Source: Thalia democratica (lineage: Eukaryota). Taken from it: DNA of 64,000 nucleotides. This document shows, piece by piece, positions 23,140-37,700 of the stretch. The stretch lies in assembly GCA_965202585.1 (NCBI GenBank), contig OZ241832.1:31000001-31064000 (forward strand). Direction: 5' to 3'. Made by a program: the position numbers and the translations under genes. The number at the start of each line of letters is the position of its first letter. The stretch's first letter is position 1. The notes beneath the pieces are model-generated. The model was not told the origin of the DNA. It made no database searches and was given only the letters and a program-made list of their open reading frames with translations.

Positions 23140-23230
23140 AGATGTCAAGAAAGTACAGCGTCACTTTTGTACGGGTCGTCAATTTAGCACGGCGTCTTTT
23201 TAGCACGGGGTCACTTTAACACAGAATGAC
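23140..23230. repeat. Periodic tttt(a/g)gcacgg-type motif array, likely a DNA-transposon subterminal fragment; similar arrays 3' of Kelch copies (about 3640-3780, 14650-14790, 35200-35330, 52910-53050) and at about 24655-24700
   Basis: Repeated ttttgtacgg / tttagcacgg / tttagcacgg / tttaacacag. Confidence 0.5.
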
Positions 23231-23759
23231 ATTTTTTTCATGGATTTATTTAAAATCTTTTAAAATGTTCATTTAAATAATGGTTTGATGTTTTATAATT
23301 AATAAGTTAATAAACGAATACATTTGAAAATTTTTTCTAACACTTTTTATAGTAGAGTCAAAAAAATTATAAACAAAGATTTTACTAGGAGCACTTAAAA
23401 TTAAGCAGTTTTTTAAAATTTGAAAACAAAAATTTAGATAAAAAAATTAAACAGGTAAAAAAACTGTCGAATTAAGTTTATTTACACATAGATTTAAATC
23501 TCTTTCAGATAAGAGCTTGTTATGTATAAGCATATGTTAAAACTTTTTTAAATGTATGTGGAAAGAGTTTTTTTTAAGACAAAAGATCTCAAAATATTTT
23601 TTTGAGATAATATTAATAATAATTAAATTTACAAAAAGACAACGACGTTTCACTTAAAGTTGGGATCTTTAGGTCTGAAAACATATATATACAAATTTAC
23701 TTCCAAGAAATAATCTTTTCTAAACCTTTAAAATAAAAAAGTACCAAAGTTTTTTAAGG

Positions 23760-24640
23760 TCGACACGTCCCTTACAGTCAAGTTCAAAAAACAACTTTAC
23801 ACTCAAAATTGAATGCAGAACCATTAATCCAAACATATATTCACTCTGTATAACAAGTAAGAATTTACTTGAAAACACTTTGACTCAAATAGAAAAAAAA
23901 AACAATCATTCAATGATAAAATCACATATGAAGTAATAAAATGGTTTGATCAAATAGATGATAAATCAAGCAAATGTTTTGTCAACTTCGACATTCTAAA
24001 ACTCTATCCAACCATCAAATTGAAGTAGTTTAAAATTAAAACAGAATTTGCAAAATAAAAAAACATATGTAAGTGAAGGGGATCAAATATCATAAAGCAC
24101 ACGTACATCTCAGTCCTTACATACAATAGAAAAGCATTGACCAAAAAATATCAAGACTCAGCTTTTGATATACAATGGTTTTTAGATGCTGAATTCTGCG
24201 ATCTGTTGGCTGTGCATACTAGATATATTAATAAAAATATTTAATTCAAACCAAATAGGCCTACATAGGAATGATGGATTAATAATCAGCAGGATCTTGA
24301 GAATATAAAAAAAGAAACAAAAAAGGTCATAAAGAACATCGGTTTCGGAATCACATACAGAATCACAATAGGTATAAGAATGACCAGATGCATTTTCTAA
24401 TACTTAAGATCTAGCTATTAGCTGTTATATGACATACAGAGAAGACAATTCCTCAATCAAATACATCAACAATAACTTTAACCACTCGATGACAGTCAAG
24501 TAAAGCCTACCTAAATGATAAAGAAGTCTGTCTACAGACCTAAAATCCTCAAATAGTTCAAAGTCCAGCTACTAAACTGCTCTACGCGAATATAACTTCA
24601 GACACGAGCTAGATTACGAAAAGAAGACCAATCCTAAAGG
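23760..24640 (+). mobile_element. Decayed Penelope-like retroelement reverse transcriptase
   Basis: Fragments ECRTINP (cf. CRLINP), EVIKWFDQI..K...FVNFDILKLYPTI (cf. VI.WF..I..K...F.QFDI..FYPSI), DAEFCDL (cf. GAE.CEL), IGLHRNDGL (cf. GLYRDDGL). Many stops and frameshifts. Confidence 0.85.
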
Positions 24641-26690
24641 AACCTGAACAAAAATTACTGCGACATTTTAGCACAGAGCGACATCTTGCACAGAGTTAAT
24701 TTTTTTTTTTTTTCTATGCTTAAATAATATTTGTACTATTATATTTAAAAACTTAAAAAAAGAACTATGCAACATGTAAAATAAAAGTTTAAAAGCGTTA
24801 AATGAGTTACGAGTTTAGGCTTTAATAAAATTTAAAAGAAAGTAAATTTACAAACTTTATCAAATATATAAATTTGAATTATATAATTTGAAACATCTAC
24901 TTTAAAATCTTCTTTTACTTTATTATTTTTTATCTATTTTATCAACATAAAACCATTTTACAAAGCTAGCAATATATACAAGCACTAGGATTCCTAAAAA
25001 AATTTAAAAGACTAAAGACTATTTTTATAATGTTAAACTTAACCGTAAAATTAAAATAAAAGGCGATATATATAGAGGTTAAAAACTTCCTTATTTTATT
25101 TATCAAATACATATAGTTTTAAACGTCATATTACAAAACAAATTTAAATCCTCTTATTTCTACATGCACGCATCTCGAATCTCGTTTTATGCTTATCTAT
25201 GTGTTATAAAAATTATATTTGATAAATCTATTATATCTGAAAGAAAAAAATTGTTAATTAAACAAAAAAAGAACTATTATGTAAAATGCTTAAAAATACT
25301 GTTTTTGATAACAGTATAAACTAATATAAAATTTACTTGTGCAAACTAGTCTTTAGAACATAGCTATGATCTATGTGGCATTTAAAACAAAATTGTTATT
25401 TCATTGTTTTATTTTGAATTATGTTATGATCTAATTTAACCCTATACTTTTGAGTTTGGTTTATTTGAGTTTAATTGCAGTTAAACTGTTAAAACTTAAA
25501 TTGCTTTTTATAAACTTAACAAACATTTCAATTACTTTGTGAACTAGTACAGACACGTGGTATTTTTGTTAATGGTGCGGAAATTTTACAGATATTTAAA
25601 AGATCCATTAACTTAATATTAAAAAAAAAATTGTTAAGATTAAAGCACTAAAAATAGTAAAAAATTTAAAGTAAAAGATAAATTAATGTGATAAATATTT
25701 CTGATAATTAGTTCTCTAAGCATTATTAAAACTCAACAAAAGCAGTTGCTTATAATATACGTTTGAAAGTATTAATATTTAAGTAATTCGGCAAGATATT
25801 TTATACTTAATACATTTATATTTAGCTTAACAAAAGAATAATTTTATTTTATTTTTATATATTGTTTTGATTTAGATACAATGTTTTTGTTGTTTGAAAA
25901 TCACCTAATGTCTAAAAAATTAACAAGCTGATTTATGTTTTTTGTCTTAAATATGCGTTTTTAAAATGTATTTCTCATAAAATATTAATATTTATTAGTT
26001 ATAACTATAAGTTTTGAAGTAATGATTGGTTTTTTAACTAGAAGTATACTTACTAATAATATCTACAATATTATTATATATCTAAATAATATTATGTTAT
26101 CTAGATTCTAGTCTACTAATAGTTTCTATCAAAGTTTAACTTTTCAATAGATAAACTTATTACATGAATAAGAAAACACAAGTAAAAAGTATATAATTGT
26201 ATATTTTGTTACTAGTAAAGTTAAACAGAACTTCTATAAAATGAGAAATAAATATAAATCGCATAAAAAATTTAGTAAAAAAATATATTCTGGTTACAAT
26301 TTTTTTTACTACAAAAAATTGAATTATTATGATAATCATGGTTTTTTCAACAATAACTCCATTAAACAGGCATAATTGTAGAAGATGAAGATAATTTTTT
26401 TTTAAATTATAGTTATTTAAAATACATTGTGAGGCTATTAAATTTACGCATAATTATGAAGAGCAAATTAATAGATGTTGCTGATGATTTAAAATTAAAG
26501 CAAGAATGCAAAAAATTAAAGTAGAAATATACAAGCTTTTTTTTTTACTTTTTTTTTATTTTAACTTAACCACAATACCAAAGTTTCTGTATACACGGAA
26601 TATTTTATGAATATTAGACGCTGCCGACTGCAGATACTTGGTTTTGGTAGCTGCACTCAATTGCTTTGTCTTTTAAATTCTTTGGTTTGA

Positions 26691-26885
26691 TCAATGATGT
26701 CTCGAGTTATAAATCAAAATATTTCGTTCTGATGCTTGATGTTCTTGAGAATTTATTTTTGAAGATGCTTTGTTGTTTTTGACTTGATTGATACCAGTAT
26801 TTCCGAATAATTGATGATTATTTTGCACATTTTATTGGTGTTGGTTGTTATAATGTTAAACAGTTTTAGACAGTATATTGCTTAA
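26691..26885 (-). pseudogene. 3' remnant of the multi-homeobox gene (duplicate of 6165-6355)
   Basis: Aligns to 6165-6355, with an extra 1-bp indel and an in-frame TAA. Confidence 0.75.
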
Positions 26886-29082
26886 GTTTTATGCTGGTTA
26901 AAAAAAGACAGTTTTAGCTTGAAAGTTAACGACCGCAAATTATTATTTGTCTATATATTTTGTAAGATTTATGACTTCATAAATACATGAATACATAATT
27001 TCTTAATTATTAAGTTAAGGTATCAAATCAATTTACAGCTCACTTACTAGGCTTTAAAATAAAGTTATTTAATTTAGCTTCAGGTGTTACAGCTGTAGCA
27101 GGGCCTTATTTAAAACAGTCTTTACATAAACTATAACTTTTTGTTTACAATTTTTTTGTTTTGTTTTATTACTAAGTGCAGCCATAGCTCAAGCGTTCAA
27201 CCGAACGTGACGCCCCTGGTTTGAAGAACTGTTTTTCTGTCTAAAAAAAGTTAAACCTAATAATAGACATCAGTGTCGACGAATGATATTTTTCATATAC
27301 TGCGAAAACATACAAGCATCAAAAAACTGTAATTTCATACTTTGAAACTAACTTTACGAGACAAAAAAACAAAAAATTATTAGAAAGCAAAAGAATATAA
27401 TTATTTTTACAGTTTTATAATGCTATGATAAGGTTTTAAACTTTTCTTGGTAGAGCATCTGTTCTAACGTTTCACTATGAATTTGGAAAAAAATAATTTT
27501 GGTTAGTGTTAAAAAAGGTTCCGATTGTAATGTTGAAGTGTTATACTAATATTTGCAAAGTCACCAAATTAAAAGAAATTTTTTTTTTTTAAGTTTATAG
27601 CCTTATCCCTAACTCATCTAACTCAAACACGTTTAGAATAATAATAAAAAAGTTAACAACCAAAAATATAAAATCCTGAAATTTTTTCTTTTAATTTTAT
27701 AGACTCAGCAAATATTTAAAGTAAAACTTTAATGTTTCAACAAGACTCTGATAAAAAGTCCTTGGCAATTTTATTTATTACTTTAACTAGTTTAAATTCT
27801 ACTGCGAGGATTTGTAAACATTAAACACAGTGCTTTTTATCAAGACTGCTCCACACTAGTAGCGCCCCTGGTAAACACTTCTAAGTAAATGTTAACAAAC
27901 ATTTTTTCTTTATACATCTAATATTTTAACATAGTTGAGTTCAGACATTGACTCATTGGTTTAAGTTATACTGATAAATTTAATTTGTTTAAAAAATAAT
28001 AGTCACCATGATTTAGGCTAGCCAGAATTTCAAAATAAAAGAGTCCTGAATACTGAACAAACGTTTTTAATTGTCTTCAATGCACGAGTAATTTTAGTCA
28101 ACTTTTTCCTTCTAAGCTGGCAACTATTTCCTGTAGTTAAACTTAAAATTTTAAAGCTAGAAATAAAACTACTTATAAAACGTGTTATTACTTACTATAA
28201 ACGCTTTACATACCAGGTCTTAGACCAAATGTTTTATCTTTTTTTTTTTGTTTTTCAATAACCAATATCACAGAGCAACTTATGTAATACATCGAAAATA
28301 ATATTTGTTAATAAGAAAACTTTTGAACTTTTTAAATAGTTTATTTTTTTAAAGGTGTTTGTCATCTTATGACTTATAATTATTTTATATCCTAAAATAT
28401 TTTACTTTAATACATTTGTTCCCCTCAAAATACTTTACAAAATGTTAATAGCCAAAATTGTCACACCAGTTCTTGGCATTTTTAACAATAAATTTTATCA
28501 ATCTACTACTTTTAAGAAATATCTTGCCTTTTTATCATATATTTAAATAGTTCGTGCAGTAGTAATTTTCTAGTTTGTTAGTTTTTTAATGTTTTTTTGT
28601 TAAGTTTTAAACAAACTTGGTGTTAATTGGCAAAGTTTTATGTAAAGTTTCAATTCTAAAATGATGGCTATTAATACATTAGTAGTATTTCAAAAATAGT
28701 TTTTAGATGTCTAAGATAAACAAGGTTTAAATAAAATAATATTTTTTAAAACATTTTTATTTTAACTAACCTGATAAATTATAATGACCACATTAAAATG
28801 TACAATTTTTGTTTTTATACAGTGTAATACTTAACTATTAGATAATTTGTTACTAAAACAATTTTGCTTAACTACAATTATAAAATTTAATGATTTAATA
28901 AAAAGATTATAAGTTTTAAAACACATTATTTGATATATAATTAGTAACAATAAAAAATATTAGGAAACATTTCTAAAAGTCTATTTATGAATTTTATTTA
29001 TTTTTTTCAATTTATATAAGTGTCTCAACTTCTATTGATGCTGCCATTTTTATTTTTTTGTAGGAAGTATAAATCTTATTTA

Positions 29083-29496
29083 TAGTGTTACCACTTTACC
29101 TGAAATTCTGGAAAAACCTTAAACTTGACAATTAAGGCAAAAAACCTGTGAATAATTTGGAGTTTTAGAAATTTTGAAAAAATACCTGGAAAAACCAAAA
29201 ACTTTGAACAAAAATCACTAAAAAAACTGGAAAAACCTGGAATTTTAACAATTTTCAAATGTTCAGTTGTAAAATTTTGATTTGACTTAAAAAATTTATC
29301 ATATTGTTAAAAAATGTTTGACACCATCAAATTTTTTTTATTAAACCCATATTTAAAGTAGCTTTACTATATCTTTTAAATGTTGTTATACTATTTAACA
29401 GTTTCTTACCTTGAACTCAATTTTAAACTAAGTATGGACCAAAAAATGATTTTTAAAAGCCTGGAAAAAAACTTTAAAAAACTAGTGGCAACCCTG
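29083..29496. mobile_element. MITE family 1 (duplicate of 8535-8952)
   Basis: Same ends and the same tattta TSD. Confidence 0.85.
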
Positions 29497-30554
29497 TATT
29501 TAGTTTGTTGCAAATATTAACTTAATAGACAATATAATGTTGATACATACTGAAGCTACTTACTTTATATTGAAATTTTTATTTGTTTTGTACTTTGTTA
29601 GACATTTTCTAATAGTTTTGTTGTGACTTATAATTTGTTTTACCCTCTTATTTCTTTAAATATAAATTTTTTTATAGAACTTTATGTTAACTACATTATT
29701 AAAGACAAAAAAATGATATAAAAATGTAATTTTAGGCTACTTGGCATAAGAATAAGGAAATAAATTATTAATGCTAGTTAGCAGTCTAAAATGTTTAAGA
29801 TAAAATAAAAATGATTTAGTATTAATTTTAAGTGTTATAATAAAATCGAATTCAAAATGTTTTATTTACAGTAAAAATTTTTTGAATAATATTTCAAGTT
29901 TTCAAAGATAAAAAAGGAGCTTGTTTACTAAGATATACACTCGAAAAATGTTTATTTTTTCCTTGTTATATATCTTAAGTTTAATTTTTTGTAAGATTTA
30001 AATTCCAAAAAAAAAATTGTTGTGTTAATACATAATTTTAAATTTAAAGAATAAAAACTGTTTCTTTATTTTTTTCATAAAATAAGGGATTATATTGATA
30101 AAAAATTCCATAAGGTGGGACTAAAATGTAAACAACAAAGGGTATTGTCCCAATTTTAATTTTCAAACTAATTATGGAACTGACAAAATATAAGTCCCCA
30201 AAGTAACAATATAACTGAAAAAACTTAGTCCACAGTCACAATAGAACAGACAAAGTTTAAGTCCAAAAAACTAACAAAAGTATTGAAAATGTGTGAGTAC
30301 GACAAAGTTACAAAAAATGGTGACCAATTTTAAGTCACAGTAACTCATGTTAAACTTATTTAAGACTCTTGAATATTTATAGAACTAAAAAATAGACAGT
30401 ACTTGTAAGAAATTAAGACAGTAAAGACCAGTAAAATGCTGAAATTTTTAGAAATTTGTACCATAGGAGTTTTCATAGGCATGATAATTGAATGAGATTT
30501 GTGATTGAAAAAGTTGTTTCAATCATAATGTTAATGATTTTTGTCTAGTTATTG

Positions 30555-31010
30555 CAGGGTTGCCACACACTAATGAAACTCCGGTAATTCAGGGAAACTC
30601 AGGGAAGGTTCAAGTTTAAAAAAATCTCAAGGAAAATCAGGGAATTATGATTTTTTTTTTTACTCAGAAAAAACTCAGGGAAGTTTTGATTTTTTCTAAA
30701 AATTTAAGTTAAATTTTAAAACAATCTTAGGGAAAATTCTTTTCTAGATCTAGAGTGAGATTTAGTTAATTCAGTTAGTTTCAATATTTTGTTCAAAAAA
30801 GTTAGTTTCATTTATTTTTGTGTTTATTTAGAAACTTTTATCCTTTTGTCTAGATCTCCAATATTCTTTAAAAAAACATTGTAATTTTATAATAAGAAGT
30901 AAAATTTTTAAGGAGAAAAAACTCAGGGAAACTTAGGTAAGTTTAGGGTTAATGAGGGTAGTTTTTGGTCACTTAGGGAAGATTTTTTGACTCAAAGAGT
31001 GGCAACTCTG
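30555..31010. mobile_element. MITE family 2 (duplicate of 10012-10467)
   Basis: cagggttgcca...tggcaactctg with tattg TSD. Confidence 0.85.
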
Positions 31011-31371
31011 TATTGACAATTTATGCATATTAAATTTTCTTAAACAGCTTTTAGATATCTTTGAGTACTATTAGTTTTCTAAATGTGAAGGCTTTAAAAC
31101 CATTTGTTGAATATATTTAATTTCCTATCACTTTGTATTTAAATTTTTTCTATTTTATTAGTTTTAAGACTAGTTTAATGTTTTGTATGTTATATAATTT
31201 AAAGATTTTTTCTGCTGTAAGTTTAAAAAATTAAGATAAGCTGCACTGTTTTGCATTAAAAATTACTTTGCCTCACTAATGTCATAGCTAAAAGTAAAAG
31301 TAGAGAGAATCTTTAAAAATGGCAGGAAGAGTAAATGTATTGGATTATCAGTTTTCTTGCTGTATCATTTA

Positions 31372-31761
31372 CGAGGTTGCCACATTACCTTGAATCTACG
31401 AAAAACCTGAAATTTGATAATTTAGACAAAAAAAACTTGAAAACCCCGGAATTTTGAACAAAAACCACTAAAAAAACCTGGAGTTTTAACAATTTTCACA
31501 TGCTCAGTGATAAAATTTCGGTTGGACTCAAAAAATCTATTATTTAAATAAAATTTTTTTGTTATCATCAAAAGTTTTTTTTTTAAATACATTTATAAAA
31601 TAGCTTTACAGTATCTTTTCAATGTCTTTATACTATTTAACACATTTTCTTACCTTAAACCTATCTTTAAACTACAAATAGACTTGAAAATGAGTACTTT
31701 TAAAATCCATGAAGAAATTTTGAAAACCTGGAAAAATGTTTGAAAACGACTGGCAACTCTG
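31372..31761. mobile_element. MITE family 1 (duplicate of 10829-11214)
   Basis: cgaggttgcca...tggcaactctg with cattta TSD. Confidence 0.85.
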
Positions 31762-32232
31762 CATTTATTTGAACATCAAAAACTATTAAAAAAGGCAACT
31801 AGTAACAAACAGTAATAAACAGTAAATATACTGTTTATTAAACATCTTTTTTTTAAACAACTCTAACAATTATAATAGATATTTTGATTTTAATTACAAG
31901 TAGTTAATTATTAATTTAATATATATTCTTATAGTATATTCCTGTTAGATTTTATTTTAGTGTAAACATTTTGACCACACTAAAGTATTTTCCAAAGCAT
32001 AATGTTCTTTGATAATAAGTGTTTGATATTTTGTTTAAAATAAAATATAACCACTTTAAGTTATTTCTAGTTTTTATTAATAGTATGGTATACCTTAACA
32101 ACTATTTCTTATAAATAAAATTTAAATTTAATTATAGTTTAGTGTGGTTTTACAATACACTATAAGTTTTCAATATATTTTTTATTAGTTTTATTTTTTA
32201 CAGGTTATTTAAACATTTATAAAAGATAAACT

Positions 32233-32415
32233 ATGTCAACACAACATAGTCAATTTGAAAATACTACAAAGAAAATAAAACTAGATCGAGTTGATGAAAA
32301 TGTAAGTAGCATTGCAGAATACAAAAGGCTTGCTATTCTGAAGTATTGCAAGGAAAATGGGGTTAAAAAAAATCAGTTAGATGTATTATCCATTTCAAAA
32401 GAATTTTATAAATAA
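32233..32415 (+). CDS. Small-ORF paralog, 60 aa (near-identical to 11686-11868)
   Basis: Two amino-acid differences from the 11686 copy (H4Q, G19R). Confidence 0.65.
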   Translation: MSTQHSQFENTTKKIKLDRVDENVSSIAEYKRLAILKYCKENGVKKNQLDVLSISKEFYK

Positions 32416-33317
32416 GGTTTTTTTTGTTTTTATTTATATTGATAATAATATTTATCTTTGAATTCTATGAAAGTTTTCTCTACGTTCGTGATATGATAAA
32501 CTATAGTAGTACTCATTACTAGCTATTTTATGCACAAATCTTTCTTATTTTTATTCAATGTGTCTTAGAAAACAAAGGTAACTCATAAACCTTAGTTTAA
32601 TAAACTTAAATGTTATTTTTATTTTTATTTATGAATTTAACCGTATGAGGTAAATAGTTAAACTATGATGCTTAAATTTAAAACAACGGCAAGTCATCAA
32701 TCAATGAAGCTTATATCTTATAAATTAAAGGGCTGTTAATCATAATTTAATCTAAGGAATAAAACTTTGTTGTTATTTAAAAATGTCATATGGAAATTTT
32801 ATGTGTTATTGAAACATTCCTAGTCTGCTTTAGAGTAATACGTTCAATTGAATTAGTAGTATTTCAATAGTAATTTCGCGCATTGAGTGCTTAATTCTTA
32901 AGCCTTCTCCTGAATTCATCTAACTTATTATCACTAAACTTAATTCTACTTAATATATGTGATATTTATAAAAGTTAGTTTATTTTAATTGACAAAGCAG
33001 CTTATCTATCAGTAGAACAAAACTGCGAAAATGAATACAAAAAAGTAATCCAAATTTTCTACAAGCTGACAAAATCTTATTTAGTGTTTTTATTTAGAAT
33101 CTTATTGAGTGTTATAAACAAAACCTTAAAATATATTGTTTAAATTTTATAATTTGAATGGAAAACATTCATCTAGTGCCTCAGGCTATAATTTTAAAAA
33201 CAACAAAATGTATATAGCTTGTTACAATAAAATAAAAATATTATTCTAGAATCAGTTTTTTTTTTTCTGTTTATAGCGTTTGATTTGTTATGTAACCACT
33301 AACAAAACTATTTAGGT

Positions 33318-34741
33318 ATGAATAACCGAAAAATGACTGAAATAATAACAGCTACAAGATTTAACAAACTTTCCCTCAACGAAAATGCAGTTAGTACAAT
33401 TTCTGCAGTCTTAGAAGAAAAATTACAAATAAAAAATGCTGCTTCTGTTTACCAGTTTGTTAATCTGTTCAATTTATCTAGGCTCAAAAATTCAACCCTT
33501 AGATACATAGAACGTTGTTTTACAATTGTAAGTGATAATGAAAGCTTTTCAGAACTAGAATATAAGTTTATTTCTAAAATACTTGAAAGTTCTGAACTTC
33601 TAATTACTTCAGAAGTTGAAGTATTTAAAGTAGTTGATAAATGGCTAAACCACGACATTTAAGAACGTAGCAAGTACGCTGAAAATCTTTTATTAAAAGT
33701 TTGTCTTCATTTGCTTTCAAATGAAACTTTAAAACATCTTTTGAATAGTTCAACATATTTAAAAAAAGGTGATTGTTTTGTAAAAACTTTAAATGAAATG
33801 CTAGACTGCAGAGAAAAAAAAATATTTGAAACTCCGAGTATTTATCATACAAGTAGGTATTGTAACCAAAATTAGTTTAAATTACTGGTTTTAGGGGGCT
33901 ATAATTCAGAAACAGCAATGAAATGTAGCAATGTAAGTTGCATTGATGTTTGTAAAATAAGAGATGTAGAACCTTATCCACCAATGAAAACGGGAAGTTG
34001 GTATCAAAAAGCAATTTATTTAAAAGGTGAAATTTTTGTATTTGGTGGTTGGAATAATCGTGGCAAATGGATAAAGTCTGTAGATAAATATTCACTAACT
34101 TCTAAAACATGGAGTCAGGTAGCTGAAATGTATGACCATCGTAAATTTTTTTGTGTATGTGCATTCATAGATAAAATATATATGTTTGGAGGTAAAAAAA
34201 TGGAGGTGAAACTAATTCTTCTTTACAATTTGATGCAAGTGATAGCGGTTGTTGGAAAGAAGTTGCTACAATGAATTGGTCAAGATCAAGTGCAGCTTGT
34301 GCAGTTTTTGAAGAAAGAATTGTAGTTTCTGGTGGATGGAGTGATAATGGAAATGTTTTAAACTCTGTTGAGTCATACGATGTTCTACCAAATAAATGGT
34401 CAACAATGCCAAATATGAACTCCGGTAAATATGACCACAGTTTAGCTGTTGTTAAGATCAAGTTGTTTGTAATTTCAAGGAGAGAAGACAACAGTGAAGT
34501 TTTTGACAACATTTGTAAAAAGTTTATCACTATTAAATCACCAGAGTTTGACAGGTTTTCTGTTATAAAAGCTTATTCTATTAAAAACAAAATTTTTGTC
34601 TTTCAAGACATCTCGTCAAAATTAATTTCTTATGATACTAGCGAAAGTGAATGGTTGGAAGAATCTTGTGAAACAACAAAAAACCTTCGACGATTTTCTA
34701 GCGTGAAAATACCTTTTTATAAAGAACATTTAGCATATTAG
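33318..34741 (+). pseudogene. Kelch-like copy 4, pseudogene
   Basis: GAA>TAA at 33660-33662, an in-frame TAG at about 33873, a -1 frameshift at about 34195-34201 (aaaaaaatgg vs aaaaaagatgg in copy 2) and a frameshift just before the normal stop. Confidence 0.92.
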
Positions 34742-37700
34742 AAAACCGAAGAGTTAAAATTTTAAACAATATTTTTTGATAATTAAAAAACTAACCACTT
34801 TACATAGAAATAAACATACATTTATTTTAAATTTTACTCTTTAATTATACATAACACATTGTATACTTTGACACTTTTATTATAGTTTTTGTAAAGGTTG
34901 ATTAGTTTCAGTCGAAAAGAATTTAGCACACTTTTTCTAATTATCATTCCTGCGTTTTTTTTTTAGTGTGAAGTTTCAATAGTTTTAAATTTTGATTTTT
35001 GCTCACTTATAAAGAATTTTACTACTTTCTGTTTTTTTTTTTAATGTCGTTTAATTCAGAGATTAAAAATAGACAAATATACATATAGACAAAAAAGTTC
35101 TCGTTTTTATGTATTTTAGTAGTTTTTATAAAAGGTGTTACAGTTTTTAAACAAAATTATTCTTAAATATTAAGAAAAATAGTACAGACGCTTAGAGAAA
35201 ATTGTCATTTTTGCACGTCTTAATTTATGCACAAGTGCCTTTTTGTATACGACCTAATTTATTCATGAGTGGCATATCTGCACATTTAAAAATTTACATA
35301 GATTTTTGCACGGCATAACTTTTGTTGAAACAAAACAAAAAAACTAGCAAAAAAATTTATATAAAATAAATTTAGTAAAGGTTTTGTTATCTGAATAAAA
35401 GTTAGTAAAACTAATAAAAAACGTAACTAAATCTAACTAAGAAAATATAATGAAGAATTACAATAAACTTGAAAAGAAATAAGCTGTACAGAGCTTTTAT
35501 AAAGCTTATTAGAAATTCTATGACAATTATTTTAAAGTTAAAATCTGACAGAAATTCAGTTCAAAGACAAATAAAAAATAAAAAACCATGTTTACACACT
35601 AGTAAAGCAGTAATTTTTTGAATATTCGAATGGTCTTTAGAGACCTTCTTTTTTTTCATTACTAGTAAGAACATTTACAATGTGTTATTAAGCTTCATGA
35701 AACGTCTTTTTACAATAATATGTGTAATTCTTAAAAATTTCAAAGTAAACTTTATCAACAGAGGTTTTTAAACAATCATTAGTGAATTTTAAAGAAAATG
35801 TAAATTTAAAAATTTATTAAACCAAATAAAAATATATGTAAATATTCTGTACATAATTTTTATACTTAAACTTCGGTTTTAAATGAGTAATTATACTAAT
35901 CTAGTGCTCACTTTACTGACAAAATATAAAGTGTTTGTTTCGATTTTATTCTAGAGGATTAAACGCAGTTTGTTGAAAACAAACCTACTAAATGCTAATT
36001 TTAATTCTAAAGAATGTATATTAAAATAAACACTTAGAATTAAATTTTTGCAATAAGTAATTACCGTAAAAATTAATTTTGAGTTGTCAGATTTAAAACT
36101 AACAAATAGCGTAACATTGCTTAAGCATAGAATTAAGTTGAATATTTAAAAATTTCTATACTATTCAGATTTCTTAGTTTCTAAATTTCGGCAATCCTAT
36201 CCAATCTGTGTAGATAAATTAAGAATTGGAAGCATAAGACCTCCAGTTAACCAACGGGGACGCGTTTTTACTGATATCCTTTTTCTGCGCAGTCCATAAA
36301 AGATAAAGAAAATAATCCTATACAGTTCACTAAATGCTGTTTAAATTGAATTTTTACATATGTTAATAGGTTTGATTGTTGCTTTTTTGCAAAATTTTAA
36401 ACAATGTATGTTGAATATTAAGGTTTAAAGATAAAAAAGTTACAAAATTTTCTTGTGCATAACTAGCTGTCAGCTTAAAAAGGTTCAAAATCAAATATTG
36501 ACATCATAATGATTTCAAACTTTGAAAGGTCTTCATTTCAAAATGATATTTTATATTAAGTTTCAAAAATTTCAGATAAAAGTAATTGAATTAAAATCAA
36601 TTTCTTCTTATATTAGTTCAAACATTGATAGAAAATATGAGCTAGTAAATAAAATAAGTGAAGATGTTATAATTGATTATCAACATTAATTTATATATCA
36701 TAACGAGAAACTGATAAAAAAGATTTTTAAGTAGTCTAGATAAAAGATACAAGCTTTTTGTTGTAAGAAGTTTTTGAACTGTTTGAAAACTAGTAGTGCT
36801 ATAGAAATTAAAAACTATGCTATAGAAAAAAAAGCATAGAAAAAAATCTGCAAATTCAGTTTTTAGTAGTCATTCCTTATCAAGTGCTAGTAATTCTTCA
36901 TTCAAAAACATACTTTATATTAGAAATTAAAATGTATAATGAAATTTCATTGATGTAGTTTGATTTGCTTTAAACGTTTTGGTGTTTAGAGTTATTTTAG
37001 AGAAGCAAAGTATTAAAAAAAACAATACTGCCGTAGTAGTTAATTTTATGCTAGTAATACTTAGTATTGTAAGAAATTAGAATTAAAAGAGAACCTAAAC
37101 TCTGAAGGTAATTTTTTTTTCGTAATAGTTTGTTACACGATAATAAGTTATCGAAGTTTATTACCCATTTCGAAGCGTTCTGTTTAAATTTTTAAATGAT
37201 AAACAGACTACAGTAAATATAAAATCAAAGATCATATAGTTTATAAATTAAAAAAAACATTTTAAATCTAATACAAATATAGTGAAACCCACTTCTCATA
37301 TTTAATTTGTAAATTCATAAAAACATGGCACAAAAATCTTAAATATAAAACAAATATATACATTATTTATTGGAGGACAAAACAAGCGTTTAAAATATTT
37401 GGATCCAGGAGCTTGTACACGTAGAACGTTTCGGTTATCGAGTTGTACAATATCATACTTTTTTAAAAAACAAAATTAACTCTGAAACGAATCATAACAA
37501 AGCTGTTCAAGCTCAGTTGTTACAATTTTAATTGAAAAATTAATGTGTTCCGGAAGTATCTGTTTATATAAAATAAGTATGAGACAAAAAGTATTGAAAA
37601 ATATACTTTGAAAGCTTGTCGAAAAAAATCCACCCGTCGCACGCGACGCCCCGGTTTGAACAACTGATTTTATGATTTTCTGCCTAAAAACATTTAAACC

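Larger units (their letters stand above)
25445..37230 (+). repeat. Segmental duplication, copy 2 (of about 4890-16705)
   Basis: Colinear with copy 1; long stretches between about 28 and 33 kb are nearly base-identical. Confidence 0.95.

Noticed and set aside
37405-37450. cgtttcggttatcgag as a possible hammerhead-ribozyme core (GAAAC on the minus strand)
   Set aside because: No CUGANGA box in the right position; the sequence is a diverged copy of the 17.6-kb dispersed repeat.
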